From a virus: a DNA stretch of 41,118 bases. A program made the position numbers and the translations under genes. Positions 23,689 through 32,996 of this stretch are shown piece after piece (the first letter of the stretch is position 1; each line of letters starts with the position of its first letter). The notes below the pieces were generated by a model. That model did no database searches. It was not told the origin of the DNA and was given only the letters and a program-made list of their open reading frames with translations. The stretch lies in the IMG/VR virus record IMGVR_UViG_3300045988_051885. One strand, 5' to 3'.

Positions 23689-24285
23689 ATGGCTGAAACC
23701 TTGGCAAAAAAGTTCAAGCTGAACGTTTTGACTGCGGATGCGTTCAAGAGCATTCCGAAAGGCTCTGGCAACGTGCTGTCCTCTTTTTCGTTTGAAACGC
23801 CCAAAATCGACGATACAAACGTCGTTTGCGCTACGCAGGGCGGCGTAACGATCTCTTATCAGAACTCCTACGAGGACACTCTGGCTGACATCGACAACGC
23901 TCCTACCAACACCAAACAGGGCAACGAGATCACCGGGACTACGGCTTCTATCTCTTTCACAACTCCCAATGCAAGCCCGGATACCCTGAAACTGGCGATC
24001 GGCACGGCAGACGTGGATCCCGAAGATCCCACCCACATTATTCCCCGTATCGAGGCAGCGTTGTCGGACTACAAGGAACTGTACTGGGTTGGTCCCATGA
24101 TCGGCGGAGGTTTCCTCGTGGCAAAGATTTTCAATGCTCTATCCTCCGGCGGTCTGAATCTGCAGACGGCGCACCGCGGCGGCGGCTCCATGCAAATCAC
24201 CCTGACCGGCTATGCAGACCTTGAAAACCCGGAAAAAGCTCCCATGGAGTTCTACTCCATCGTGAAAGCCCCCGCCAATGAGTAA
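23689..24285 (+). CDS. Major tail protein
   Basis: Start MAETLAKKFKL with AAAGGAA upstream. Lies directly before the chaperone pair and TMP. Confidence 0.7.
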   Translation: MAETLAKKFKLNVLTADAFKSIPKGSGNVLSSFSFETPKIDDTNVVCATQGGVTISYQNSYEDTLADIDNAPTNTKQGNEITGTTASISFTTPNASPDTLKLAIGTADVDPEDPTHIIPRIEAALSDYKELYWVGPMIGGGFLVAKIFNALSSGGLNLQTAHRGGGSMQITLTGYADLENPEKAPMEFYSIVKAPANE

Positions 24286-24294
24286 GGAGATTCT

Positions 24295-24660
24295 ATGCGG
24301 AATATTATCGACCTGGACGGAACCGAGTACCTGCTTCATACCTACCAGTGTGCGCAGGCATACAAGAATTACCTCAAGGAATCTGGCGCTTCTGACATTC
24401 TGGGAAGGGAACCGGAGTTGACCGGAAAGGAAAGCACCGCAGAGCGTTACCAGAAGATGCGCATTCAGTCCGAAAAGAACACCGATGACATGATGAAGCA
24501 GCTCTTTGTGGAAAAAGCCGATCTGACCATGACCATCCTTCCCCTGTTTGTGGTGCTGGATGATGGTGAGCAGAAGCCCTCTACGAAGATCTTGGCTGCC
24601 GCTATGAGCCGTGCCCTCCGGGACGCTGACTTCATGAATTTTTTTCAGTCCTTGATGTGA
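24295..24660 (+). CDS. Tail assembly chaperone (gpG-like)
   Basis: Lies upstream of TMP. Ends 12 nt after a slippery T-run. Confidence 0.8.
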   Translation: MRNIIDLDGTEYLLHTYQCAQAYKNYLKESGASDILGREPELTGKESTAERYQKMRIQSEKNTDDMMKQLFVEKADLTMTILPLFVVLDDGEQKPSTKILAAAMSRALRDADFMNFFQSLM

Positions 24661-24968
24661 TCGGTGCGGACGGATACAAGCGGCTTGTCTCAACAATTCG
24701 GCTGGACCTGTTGAAGCTGCTGGGCAAGCCGTACATTCTGGATCACATCCGCAACGAAGCAAGGGCGCACCAGGAACGGCAGCTCTTCTGGGATTATCTG
24801 GCGGATTCTGTTGGGCAGATTGCTGGCAATCAAAGCCGCTACTCTGATCTGGCAGACTACCACTTCCCTCTGCTGAACGCAAACCGTGATACCCGGACGG
24901 CGGAAGAAATCACTGCTGACAATGCAAAACTGCTGGCCGAATTGTGTGAAGGAGGTGAGAAATCCTGA
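24295..24968 (+). CDS. Tail assembly chaperone frameshift fusion (gpGT-like; -1 shift at 24645)
   Basis: The -1 frame is open from the slippery site to the TGA at 24966-24968. The downstream ORF has no RBS of its own. Confidence 0.65.
24639..24645 (+). promoter_or_regulatory. -1 programmed ribosomal frameshift slippery heptamer T_TTT_TTT
   Basis: Zero frame reads aaT TTT TTT cag. The -1 frame reads TCA GTC CTT GAT GTG ATC..., continuous with ORF 24657..24968. Confidence 0.7.
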
Positions 24969-24982
24969 ATCTTTTTAATTTG

Positions 24983-27895
24983 ATGGCAACCCTCGGACTG
25001 GACACATCTGCTTACGAGCAGGGCATCGAGGAATCGAAGGCACAAACAAAAACGGCTGTTGCGTCCATGACGAAGGACTATAATAAGCTGTATAGTGACG
25101 TTTTGCACCTGACGGCTGCCTACCAGAAGTCCAGCAAAGAGACCGGAGAAAATTCCAGACAGACCAAAGAATTAAAAGCAAAGCTGCGAGAAGCACAAAC
25201 TCAGCTTAACGCAACAGCTCAGGGACTGAAAACGGCAGAACAGTACATGGGCAGCTTTGGGAAAAAAGCCGAAGGCGCAGGAGAATCCCTTGCTGGGGCC
25301 ATGACCAAGGCCAGCCTGTTGAGCGGTGTTATTTCAAAGCTGTCCTCTGCCGTACTCAATACCGGAAAAGATTTTATCCAATCCGGCATTGAGTACAACG
25401 CACAGATCGAGACTTACCGCACCGGCCTGACAAATATGCTGGGCGATGCAGAAGCTGCAAACGCTGCGCTGGAACAGATGCAGCAGGATGCGGCAAGGAC
25501 CCCGTTTAGTGTGGATGCTCTTGTCTCTGCAAACCAGTATCTGATCTCTGCCGGTGAAAATGCGACCTACGCCCGAAAAACAATTATGGCACTGGGCGAT
25601 GCGGTATCTGCCACGGGTGGCGGCTCTGACGAGCTGAACCGCATGGCCCAGAACTTGCAGCAGATCGCAAATACTGGCAAGGCGACATCGGCGGATATCA
25701 AGCAGTTTGCTTATGCAGGCATTGACGTGTACGGTATTCTGGCAGACTACACAGGCAAGTCCACCGCAGAAGTGCAGAACATGACCATCAGTTATGACCT
25801 GCTCACACAGGCCTTGCAGGCGGCAGCAGAAGAAGGTGGACGTTATTACAACAGCATGGATACCCAGAGCCAGACCATGAATGGCCGTGTATCTACGCTG
25901 AAAGACAATGTCAAGCAGCTGGCCGGGCTGATGACCGAGGACCTTTCCGGCGGAATTGGCGTGGTGATCGGCAACATCAATGATATGGTCGTTGCTGCGC
26001 AGGAAGCTTACAAGCAGGATGGCTGGCTTGGATTGGCCGGAGCAATCACAGGTCTGACTGGTCCAATTGACAGCGTCAAGCAGAAGTTCAACGAGCTTGG
26101 AAGCGCTGCCGTAACCGCTCTGGATAAGGCGAGCTATTATCTGAACAAAGCTCTTGGAAAAGATGCCTATGCCGGATACAGTGGATATGAAGACTACCGG
26201 GCAGATGAAGATGCAAAAGCGGCTGCCGCAACATCCCGAGAAAACCGCGACCGGCGTAGACAGGAAGCGCTTTCCGGAAAAGGCATTTACACCGAGAGCT
26301 GGACAGAACGTCAGAGTAAGAATAACGGCGGCAGCAGCATTTCCAACAGCGGCAGCAGCGCCGGAAGCTCTGGCAAAAATACGGTCACAAAGACCGTTCT
26401 GTCTTCCATGACGGATGCAGCCACCAGCTACTCCGCAAACGAATTCGGCCAGATCACCACCGCCGTAACGGAGCTGACCGAGCACATCAAGGACAGTACC
26501 GGCAAAGTCTATGACCAACTTACAAAAACGACAACGGAATCCGGCAAGGAAATGGTCAACGGGGTCATCAAAAATTACAAGCTGGTCACGAAGGCTGTCA
26601 CAGATGAAAACGGAAAAGTTACGACGACGACCCAAAAAACCTACGAGGATGCCTCCAAGAGCCTCGCCGCAACCATCGTCAAGACTGCTGAATCCGTAAA
26701 GGATGGCGTTTCTCAGACCATAGAAACGACCACCGAGAAATACCAGGATGGCTCTGAGCACATCAAGCAGATCGTCACAGAGACCGGAGAACGCATTGTA
26801 AACGGTGCAGTTGAGACCTACACAAAGGTTAAAACCCTGACGGACGGTTTCGAGACTGACAGAAAAGAAACAGTTAATGCTTCTGTAAGTCAGTACGACA
26901 CCCTTCTCAGCAACTATACGGACGCTGCGGACAAAGTGCAGCAACTCACAGCTCTTTACAATGAATCTGCCGCCGGGACCGGGGAATTTTCCGATCAGAC
27001 CATGCGTCTCTCTGCCCTGCTGGCGGAAGCGGAGCAAAAGCTGTCCGATTCAAAAACGGCATGGGAAGAGTACCAGAAAAACACAAACCGGGCCTATGTA
27101 GTCACAAAGAATTTTGCAGACTTCGTGAAAAGCTCTAATTCCGCTGTTTCAAGCTTTGGGAGCTCTATCAAGGATCTTGGCGAATTCTTTGATAATGAAG
27201 CGGTTGAGAACGTAGGCGACTTTTTCACTGAAATCTCTGACGGTGTGGATAAAGTCATCAATTTTGCAACCAGCGTTTCTACCCTTGTGACTACTCTGCA
27301 GCAGCTCAAGACGGCAATCCAAGCAGTAAACGCAACCGGAGGAATTTCCAGTGCATTCTCCGGAATCGGAAGTCTGCTTGGAATCGGCGGAAACGCTGCC
27401 GCAGGCGCTGGCGTAGCAGCAGCAGGAACAGGAGCAGCTGCTGCAGGAGGAACCGGTCTTTCCGCTTTGGGCCTTTCCGTTCCTGAACTCGGTGTTATAA
27501 TCGCAGGTGTTCTCGGTGTGGCTGCTGTCGGCTATGGCATTTACAAGTGGGCCACGAAAGACAGCGGTCAAAAGAAAGAGGAAAGCAAGAACGAAAAGAT
27601 CTCCTACAAAGACATTCAGGACGCTTACTGGTATGGCAACGAGCGGGCTTTTGCTGGGTATGATTACCGAGTCGACCCGTATACATTCCAGGGGATGCAG
27701 ACAAGTACCCTGAAGGATTATCAAAGCAAAATTCAAACCCAGCTAGAAGTGATCGGAGCTGTCGTCCAGCAGTACCTCCCCCAGGCGGGAAATCAGGTCA
27801 TCAAGCTGGATGACGGGACGCTGGTCGGGGCGCTGGCTCCGTCCATCGATGCGCAGCTGGGCCATCTGGCCACGCTGGCAGAAAGGGGAAATTAA
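24983..27895 (+). CDS. Tail tape measure protein
   Basis: 970 aa. Helical and Ala/Gln/Thr-rich, with a TP901-type core (FAYAGIDVYGILADYTGKSTAEV) and a C-terminal Gly/Ala-rich TM region. Confidence 0.9.
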   Translation: MATLGLDTSAYEQGIEESKAQTKTAVASMTKDYNKLYSDVLHLTAAYQKSSKETGENSRQTKELKAKLREAQTQLNATAQGLKTAEQYMGSFGKKAEGAGESLAGAMTKASLLSGVISKLSSAVLNTGKDFIQSGIEYNAQIETYRTGLTNMLGDAEAANAALEQMQQDAARTPFSVDALVSANQYLISAGENATYARKTIMALGDAVSATGGGSDELNRMAQNLQQIANTGKATSADIKQFAYAGIDVYGILADYTGKSTAEVQNMTISYDLLTQALQAAAEEGGRYYNSMDTQSQTMNGRVSTLKDNVKQLAGLMTEDLSGGIGVVIGNINDMVVAAQEAYKQDGWLGLAGAITGLTGPIDSVKQKFNELGSAAVTALDKASYYLNKALGKDAYAGYSGYEDYRADEDAKAAAATSRENRDRRRQEALSGKGIYTESWTERQSKNNGGSSISNSGSSAGSSGKNTVTKTVLSSMTDAATSYSANEFGQITTAVTELTEHIKDSTGKVYDQLTKTTTESGKEMVNGVIKNYKLVTKAVTDENGKVTTTTQKTYEDASKSLAATIVKTAESVKDGVSQTIETTTEKYQDGSEHIKQIVTETGERIVNGAVETYTKVKTLTDGFETDRKETVNASVSQYDTLLSNYTDAADKVQQLTALYNESAAGTGEFSDQTMRLSALLAEAEQKLSDSKTAWEEYQKNTNRAYVVTKNFADFVKSSNSAVSSFGSSIKDLGEFFDNEAVENVGDFFTEISDGVDKVINFATSVSTLVTTLQQLKTAIQAVNATGGISSAFSGIGSLLGIGGNAAAGAGVAAAGTGAAAAGGTGLSALGLSVPELGVIIAGVLGVAAVGYGIYKWATKDSGQKKEESKNEKISYKDIQDAYWYGNERAFAGYDYRVDPYTFQGMQTSTLKDYQSKIQTQLEVIGAVVQQYLPQAGNQVIKLDDGTLVGALAPSIDAQLGHLATLAERGN

Positions 27896-27898
27896 AAT

Positions 27899-29911
27899 TT
27901 GTACAAAATTTTTGCATATCCCTTTGGCAACCCCAACGACAAGCGCCTGATCTACGCTCCAAATAACCGCAATGCCCTTGTGCTGTCTCCCAAGCTGACC
28001 CGAGAGGTCAGCAAGGGCGGCAGCCTTTATTTTACCATGACGCGCGACCATGAGCAGTATGAGAGCCTGCAAAAGATGTCCACCTGCATCACCGTTGAAC
28101 AGGACAATAAAGAGATCTGGCGCGGGCGTGTCTTGAGCCATGAGGCGGACTGGTACAACCGCAGGGTCATCTACTGCGAGGGCGCACTGTCCTACTTTAA
28201 CGACTCTGCTATCACACCCTTCAACTACGAGGGAAAGCTGGCGCAGTTTTTGCAGCACCTCATCGATGCCCACAACCAGCAGTGCGGCAATATGAGGATG
28301 AAACGCTTTGAGCTGGGCACTGTCACCGCGGCGCTGGGTGATCTGGTGGTCCACTACGGCGACCGGGACAGCTACGGCGTGGGTGAAGACTACGGCAGTA
28401 CATGGGATATCATCGACAAGATGGTGCTCAAAACCTACGGCGGCTATGCTTACTGCACCTTTAATGCTGCTACTGGAAACAACGTGCTCAACTACTGCGA
28501 CCAGGCGTATGAGGCTGACCGGCTGGTGAACCAGACCATAGAATACGGCGTGAACCTGCTGGATTTCACAGAAAAAACCGATACCAACAGTCTTTTTACC
28601 CGTGTGTATCCCATGGGAAGCAAGCACACGGTCGAGGAGACAAAGTGGAAGTGGAAATTTTTGTGGTGGGGCGAAAAGTACACCGAGAGCCATGAAGAGC
28701 GCTATGGCATCTCTGGAACGGATGCAGCGACAATCAATAAATATCTGCCCAAAGGGTTTTCGTACCGGCTGGACAGCAGTGACGGAGACTGTGGATGGAT
28801 CCAGAACGATGCAGCGGCCGCGAAGTTCGGCATCGTGTCAGCCCTGGGCGAGTATGACACCGACAGCGACAACGACACCTTTGCTGCAGGCGTGCAGGAT
28901 CTTCAGAAAAACAGCTTGATGGTGACGAGCTACACCGTCAAGGCTGTGGATCTGCGAGATGCAGGCTATGACAAGGACAGGCTTACTTTTGCCAGCTACG
29001 CTCATATTATCAGCAAACCCCACAGTATCGATGTCATCATGCTGTGCACAAAGCTGGTGGAGCCGCTGGATCAGCCGGACAAAAAGGAGTATACCTTCGG
29101 CATGACCCGGCAGACTTTGACCGACCGACAAGTAGCCAACCTGGGCCGCACCAACCTGCTGGATGAGGATACGGCATCCGCTGAAAAATATCAGCAGAGC
29201 ACCCTTAACCAGCTTTTCAAGTACCAGAAGTCTAACGACAAAAGAGTGGACGAGGTGGACAAAAAAGCTGGTGAAGCAGCCAAAACGGCTACCAACTTTT
29301 TGGAGTTTACCCCGGAAAACGGCCTTATCGTCCGGCATGACCAGCTGCCAAACAAAAGAGTGCAGATCACCAACGATGGCATAAAAGTGCTTTCCGGTTC
29401 CAGCATGGTCAGCATCAAATCGGATAGTATTTCCATTACGGACGGAAACGGGAGCTGTACCATCAACTCCGGCAAGATCACCTTTTACGGCATCCGGAAC
29501 GCTCGCATCTGGGACTTTGGTAACAACAGCTCTTTTGGAGCGCAGACCATCCAGCTGGATCTGTCTAATTATTCTGCCGTGTACCTGACCTATACCAGCA
29601 AAAAAGGCGCTACATGGTGGGCCAGCGGTGGCACTGCCGGGTGCGTGACGATGGTTATCCCAGTCAACGGTGTGGAGTACGCCATGACATATCCGTGGAA
29701 CACGACCCACATGCGGACGGTGCGGGTCAACTCAGGGGGCATCACTTTCGGACCCGGTCGTGAGCGCACATCGAACTACGTCACGGGCAACAACTACACC
29801 CCGGCAGTCGTGCCGACGAATTTCAGCATCGACCTCGAAAGCCCCGGCTCTGACGGGTGGACACAAAATGACTCCCTCTGTATGCCACGAGAACTATACG
29901 GTTTTATGTGA
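27899..29911 (+). CDS. Tail-associated (Tal-like) baseplate-hub / minor structural protein
   Basis: TTG start after AAAGGGGA. The N-terminus LVLSPKLTREVSKGGSLYFTM...EIWRGRVLSHEADWYNRRVIYCEGALSYFNDS resembles the prophage-tail / minor-structural N-terminal domain. Confidence 0.65.
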   Translation: MYKIFAYPFGNPNDKRLIYAPNNRNALVLSPKLTREVSKGGSLYFTMTRDHEQYESLQKMSTCITVEQDNKEIWRGRVLSHEADWYNRRVIYCEGALSYFNDSAITPFNYEGKLAQFLQHLIDAHNQQCGNMRMKRFELGTVTAALGDLVVHYGDRDSYGVGEDYGSTWDIIDKMVLKTYGGYAYCTFNAATGNNVLNYCDQAYEADRLVNQTIEYGVNLLDFTEKTDTNSLFTRVYPMGSKHTVEETKWKWKFLWWGEKYTESHEERYGISGTDAATINKYLPKGFSYRLDSSDGDCGWIQNDAAAAKFGIVSALGEYDTDSDNDTFAAGVQDLQKNSLMVTSYTVKAVDLRDAGYDKDRLTFASYAHIISKPHSIDVIMLCTKLVEPLDQPDKKEYTFGMTRQTLTDRQVANLGRTNLLDEDTASAEKYQQSTLNQLFKYQKSNDKRVDEVDKKAGEAAKTATNFLEFTPENGLIVRHDQLPNKRVQITNDGIKVLSGSSMVSIKSDSISITDGNGSCTINSGKITFYGIRNARIWDFGNNSSFGAQTIQLDLSNYSAVYLTYTSKKGATWWASGGTAGCVTMVIPVNGVEYAMTYPWNTTHMRTVRVNSGGITFGPGRERTSNYVTGNNYTPAVVPTNFSIDLESPGSDGWTQNDSLCMPRELYGFM

Positions 29912-29923
29912 GGTGAAGGACAG

Positions 29924-30172
29924 ATGAAAGTACCCGGATATAAATTTATGTGTAAAGTGTGCTCCGATGGCCGCATTTACAGTGGCGGATGGGGTGTTGA
30001 AGAAGTGATCCCGAACCCTCTCCCAGACAACTGCATGGTCTTCGATGAGTTCCCGGAGGACTGGGAGGATGGCGGCTCGCACTATGTGTGGGACGGAGAA
30101 AAGTTGGTATACAGCCCTCTGACCCCGGAGCAGCTGGCCGTGATCCAGAGCGGAGGTGAGCTCAAATGCTGA
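29924..30172 (+). CDS. Hypothetical protein (82 aa)
   Basis: Coupled within the tail operon. Confidence 0.5.
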   Translation: MKVPGYKFMCKVCSDGRIYSGGWGVEEVIPNPLPDNCMVFDEFPEDWEDGGSHYVWDGEKLVYSPLTPEQLAVIQSGGELKC

Positions 30173-30663
30173 TGGGCGCACAGATCGGGAATATCCATAC
30201 CCTCAAAGACCTTGGCCTTTATCTGAAGGTGGGCAGCCCTATGATATCCGGTGCAGAGCCAGAGACGATGCTTGTCAATGTCCCGGGCTCTGACTTTATC
30301 CTAGACCTGTCCAGGGCTTTGGATGGGGAAGTACACTACAAGCAGCGCACCATCAAGATGGAGCTCATCTGCAAAGCCCCGAAAAAGCAGTGGAGCACCA
30401 TCCAGAGCGCTCTTGAAAATGCCCTGCAGGGCCGCTGGCTGCGGTGCGTTTTTGATGAGGACAGTGCCTGGTACTGGCAGGGCCTTTGGCGGGTAGACCC
30501 CAGTGAGAAAAACCGACATGATATGACCTTTACCATCGATGGCACCTGCAACCCCTACAAGCGCAACATCACGGCGGATGCGGGCGCAGACTGGCTCTGG
30601 GATACTTTTGATTTTGAAACCGATACCATCTATGATGTACCTACGGGAGTGATCAGTTTATGA
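30166..30663 (+). CDS. Distal-tail-protein (Dit)-like N-terminal-domain protein, in an unusual position downstream of Tal
   Basis: LKDLGLYLKVGSPMISGAEPETMLVNVPGSDFILDLSRALDGEVHYKQRTIKMEL...LQGRWLRCVFDEDSAWYWQGLWRV...CNPYK. Confidence 0.55.
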   Translation: MLMGAQIGNIHTLKDLGLYLKVGSPMISGAEPETMLVNVPGSDFILDLSRALDGEVHYKQRTIKMELICKAPKKQWSTIQSALENALQGRWLRCVFDEDSAWYWQGLWRVDPSEKNRHDMTFTIDGTCNPYKRNITADAGADWLWDTFDFETDTIYDVPTGVISL

Positions 30664-32012
30664 CAAAAACTTTTCCGGAAGTCATCTCGGGCATCCGTAC
30701 CGCAAAAAAAGGTGTAGAAGTCCGGGAAGACATCGCCCAGATGGGTGAGTACGTGGAGCAGTTCGCTGCCACGGCCACCCAGAAGGCAAAAGAGGCAGCA
30801 GCCAGCGAGAAAAAAGCATCCGACGCTGTGAAAAACATCGACCAGCAAAAAGCGGACTCTGTGGACGCTGTCCAGCAAGCCCAAACTACGGCCACCACGA
30901 CCATCACCGGGGCAAAAGACGCTGCACTGACTGACATCGGCAACGCTAAGACCGGCGCTTTGCATGAGGTGGCAAAATCCACCGCTACGGCAGAAGCCGC
31001 TGCATCCGCTGCGGTCGGTTTTGCATCGGATGCCAACGCAAGCAAAGAAGCTGCTGCCACCTCTGCCGCTGCCGCTGCCGACAGCGCTTCTGCTGCATCC
31101 ACCTCCGAAACCAATTCCTCTGCCAGCGAATCCGCTGCCCAGAAGAGCGCTGAGGAAGCCGCTGCAAGTGCAGCGCTGGCAGGCACACGGGCTGGTACCG
31201 ACAAAACCCTGAGCATTGAAAACGCCCCTGCCGACGCAAAGGCTACCGGTGATGCGCTGGCGGGCAAAGCAGACTCCGTCATTCCACATGATCTTTCTAT
31301 TCCAATTACTGGGTGGCAGACAGACACAGAGGTTGCAGAGTACCCGCATTACATTGATATTACAGCAGATGTTACGTCCACGACTGTGATATCTGTCAGC
31401 ATCGACCCTGCAAGCGCAGACGTAGCCGGTAAAGCTATGCTTGTAAACCCAGAAACTCGAACCGGAGCTATCCGTATCCGTGCACACAACATTCCGACTG
31501 CGGAAATTTCTGCCCGGTGGTATCCCATCAAGTATGGTGGTCAGTTCTATGGTGACGGCTCCATCTACTCCAACTTCCTGCTTGCGGCACATCCCGTAGG
31601 CAGTATCTATCAGACCATCAGCCCTGAAAACCCGTCCGTAACTTTTGGCGGCGGCACATGGGAGCGCATTGAGGGCAGATTTATCATGGGTGCAAGCGAT
31701 ACCTACCCGGCAGGGAGTACGGGAGGTAGCGCGACGCATGAACATGAGTACAAATTATTGTTTATGTGGCGGCTTGGCGCTTTGGTCGGATATCCGTCAT
31801 CCGCCATTGCCGCATATGACTACAAAACACAATCGTGGAGCGATGATAACAGAAAAGTTAATGACGGGCAGTATACACTCGCCAATGATGGATTTTCCTC
31901 GACATATGGTGAGAAGCCCGATGGAGAAACGCACTCCGTTGCAGGAAACACCGCATCTAGCTCTAGCATTCCTCCCTACTACTGTGTGTACATCTGGCGC
32001 AGAGTAGCATAA
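30660..32012 (+). CDS. Tail fibre / receptor-binding protein
   Basis: Ala/Ser-rich helical shaft. C-terminal tip HPVGSIYQTISPENPSVTFGGGTWERIEGRFIMGASDTYPAGSTGGSATHEH...PPYYCVYIWRRVA. Confidence 0.75.
   Translation: MTKTFPEVISGIRTAKKGVEVREDIAQMGEYVEQFAATATQKAKEAAASEKKASDAVKNIDQQKADSVDAVQQAQTTATTTITGAKDAALTDIGNAKTGALHEVAKSTATAEAAASAAVGFASDANASKEAAATSAAAAADSASAASTSETNSSASESAAQKSAEEAAASAALAGTRAGTDKTLSIENAPADAKATGDALAGKADSVIPHDLSIPITGWQTDTEVAEYPHYIDITADVTSTTVISVSIDPASADVAGKAMLVNPETRTGAIRIRAHNIPTAEISARWYPIKYGGQFYGDGSIYSNFLLAAHPVGSIYQTISPENPSVTFGGGTWERIEGRFIMGASDTYPAGSTGGSATHEHEYKLLFMWRLGALVGYPSSAIAAYDYKTQSWSDDNRKVNDGQYTLANDGFSSTYGEKPDGETHSVAGNTASSSSIPPYYCVYIWRRVA
31656..31739 (+). repeat. 84-bp near-identical direct repeat (copy 1) shared with 32178..32261
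   Basis: acatgggagcgcattgagggcagatttatcatgggtgcaagcgatacctaccc... differs at 3 of 84 positions by eye. Confidence 0.85.
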
Positions 32013-32027
32013 CCGAAAGGAGAAACA

Positions 32028-32459
32028 ATGGCACTAGGAGAACTCAAAAATGGCATCGGCCCTGATGCCTATGCTATCTATCAGCAAGTCCTTGCGGCAG
32101 TAGTCGAGCGAGACCACCCCGTGGGCAGTCTGTACATCAGCGAAAACGCTACCAGCCCTGCCGAGCTTTACGGCGGGACATGGGAGCGCATTGAGGGCAG
32201 ATTTATCATGGGTGCAAGCGATACCTACCCAGCAGGGAGTACGGGAGGTAGTGCAACGCATACGCAGACAGTGGATGAAATCGCTCCCCACGTACATTAC
32301 TACAACGGATATAACAAAGTTGGTAATGGCACACCGTATCTTTCTGGTGGAAATAGCGCTTGGGAACAAGAAGTTACTACGTCTGATACTGGCGGCGGTA
32401 AACCTATGGACATCCTCAACCCCTACTACTCCGTGTACATCTGGCGGCGTGTCGCCTGA
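32028..32459 (+). CDS. Stand-alone paralogue of the fibre tip domain (143 aa)
   Basis: HPVGSLYISENATSPAELYGGTWERIEGRFIMGASDTYPAGSTGGSATHTQ...NPYYSVYIWRRVA, with its own GGAGAAACA-type RBS. Confidence 0.7.
   Translation: MALGELKNGIGPDAYAIYQQVLAAVVERDHPVGSLYISENATSPAELYGGTWERIEGRFIMGASDTYPAGSTGGSATHTQTVDEIAPHVHYYNGYNKVGNGTPYLSGGNSAWEQEVTTSDTGGGKPMDILNPYYSVYIWRRVA
32178..32261 (+). repeat. 84-bp direct repeat (copy 2)
   Basis: See 31656..31739. Confidence 0.85.
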
Positions 32460-32470
32460 AAGGAGATCCT

Positions 32471-32842
32471 ATGAAAATCATTGATGAGCACGGCAACCCC
32501 ATCGAAAACCCGGACCTGACACATGGCTACCTGAAGGACGACCCGGAAATCATCCACCACGAGGCCGTGGAAGCGGTGAAGCCGGTGACCCACTACGAGT
32601 ACAAAACCTACCCCAACGGCGGCAGGGACCGCATCATGGTGGTGGACGTGCCCGGCGTGGAGGGCAAAGACGCATGGGACGAGACCATCGAACGCCAGCG
32701 GTACATCCTGTACACCGCCGACGAGCTGGCCGCACAGGAAAAGGCCCGCAAGGAAGCAGAGGAAAAGGCACAGCTGCCCACCGCAGAAGAGCGCCTTGCC
32801 GCTCTGGAAGCGGCTATGCTTGACCTGCTGGCCGCACAGTAA
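32471..32842 (+). CDS. Hypothetical protein (123 aa), conserved position between the fibre and lysis genes
   Basis: AAGGAGA RBS. Coiled-coil C-terminus. Confidence 0.6.
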   Translation: MKIIDEHGNPIENPDLTHGYLKDDPEIIHHEAVEAVKPVTHYEYKTYPNGGRDRIMVVDVPGVEGKDAWDETIERQRYILYTADELAAQEKARKEAEEKAQLPTAEERLAALEAAMLDLLAAQ

Positions 32843-32852
32843 GGAGGATACT

Positions 32853-32996
32853 ATGGTTTTGTTTTATGTGACCCAGATCAAGCTGCACCGCTTTGACGGC
32901 GCTTTTACCATCGACAACGTGCCTGACCGGTATAAGGATGCCGTGATGAAAAAGCTGACGGAGGAGGGATTTTATGAGGTGGAAAGTAATGCTTGA
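32853..32996 (+). CDS. Small phage protein (47 aa), XkdX-like position
   Basis: AAGGAGG 6 nt upstream. Translation: MVLFYVTQIKLHRFDGAFTIDNVPDRYKDAVMKKLTEEGF... Confidence 0.5.
   Translation: MVLFYVTQIKLHRFDGAFTIDNVPDRYKDAVMKKLTEEGFYEVESNA

Noticed and set aside
30660-32459. Diversity-generating retroelement or invertible (shufflon/Gin-type) switch acting on the fibre tip
   Set aside because: No reverse transcriptase or invertase gene exists in the genome. The shared block is in direct, not inverted, orientation, and there is no adenine-specific mismatch pattern.
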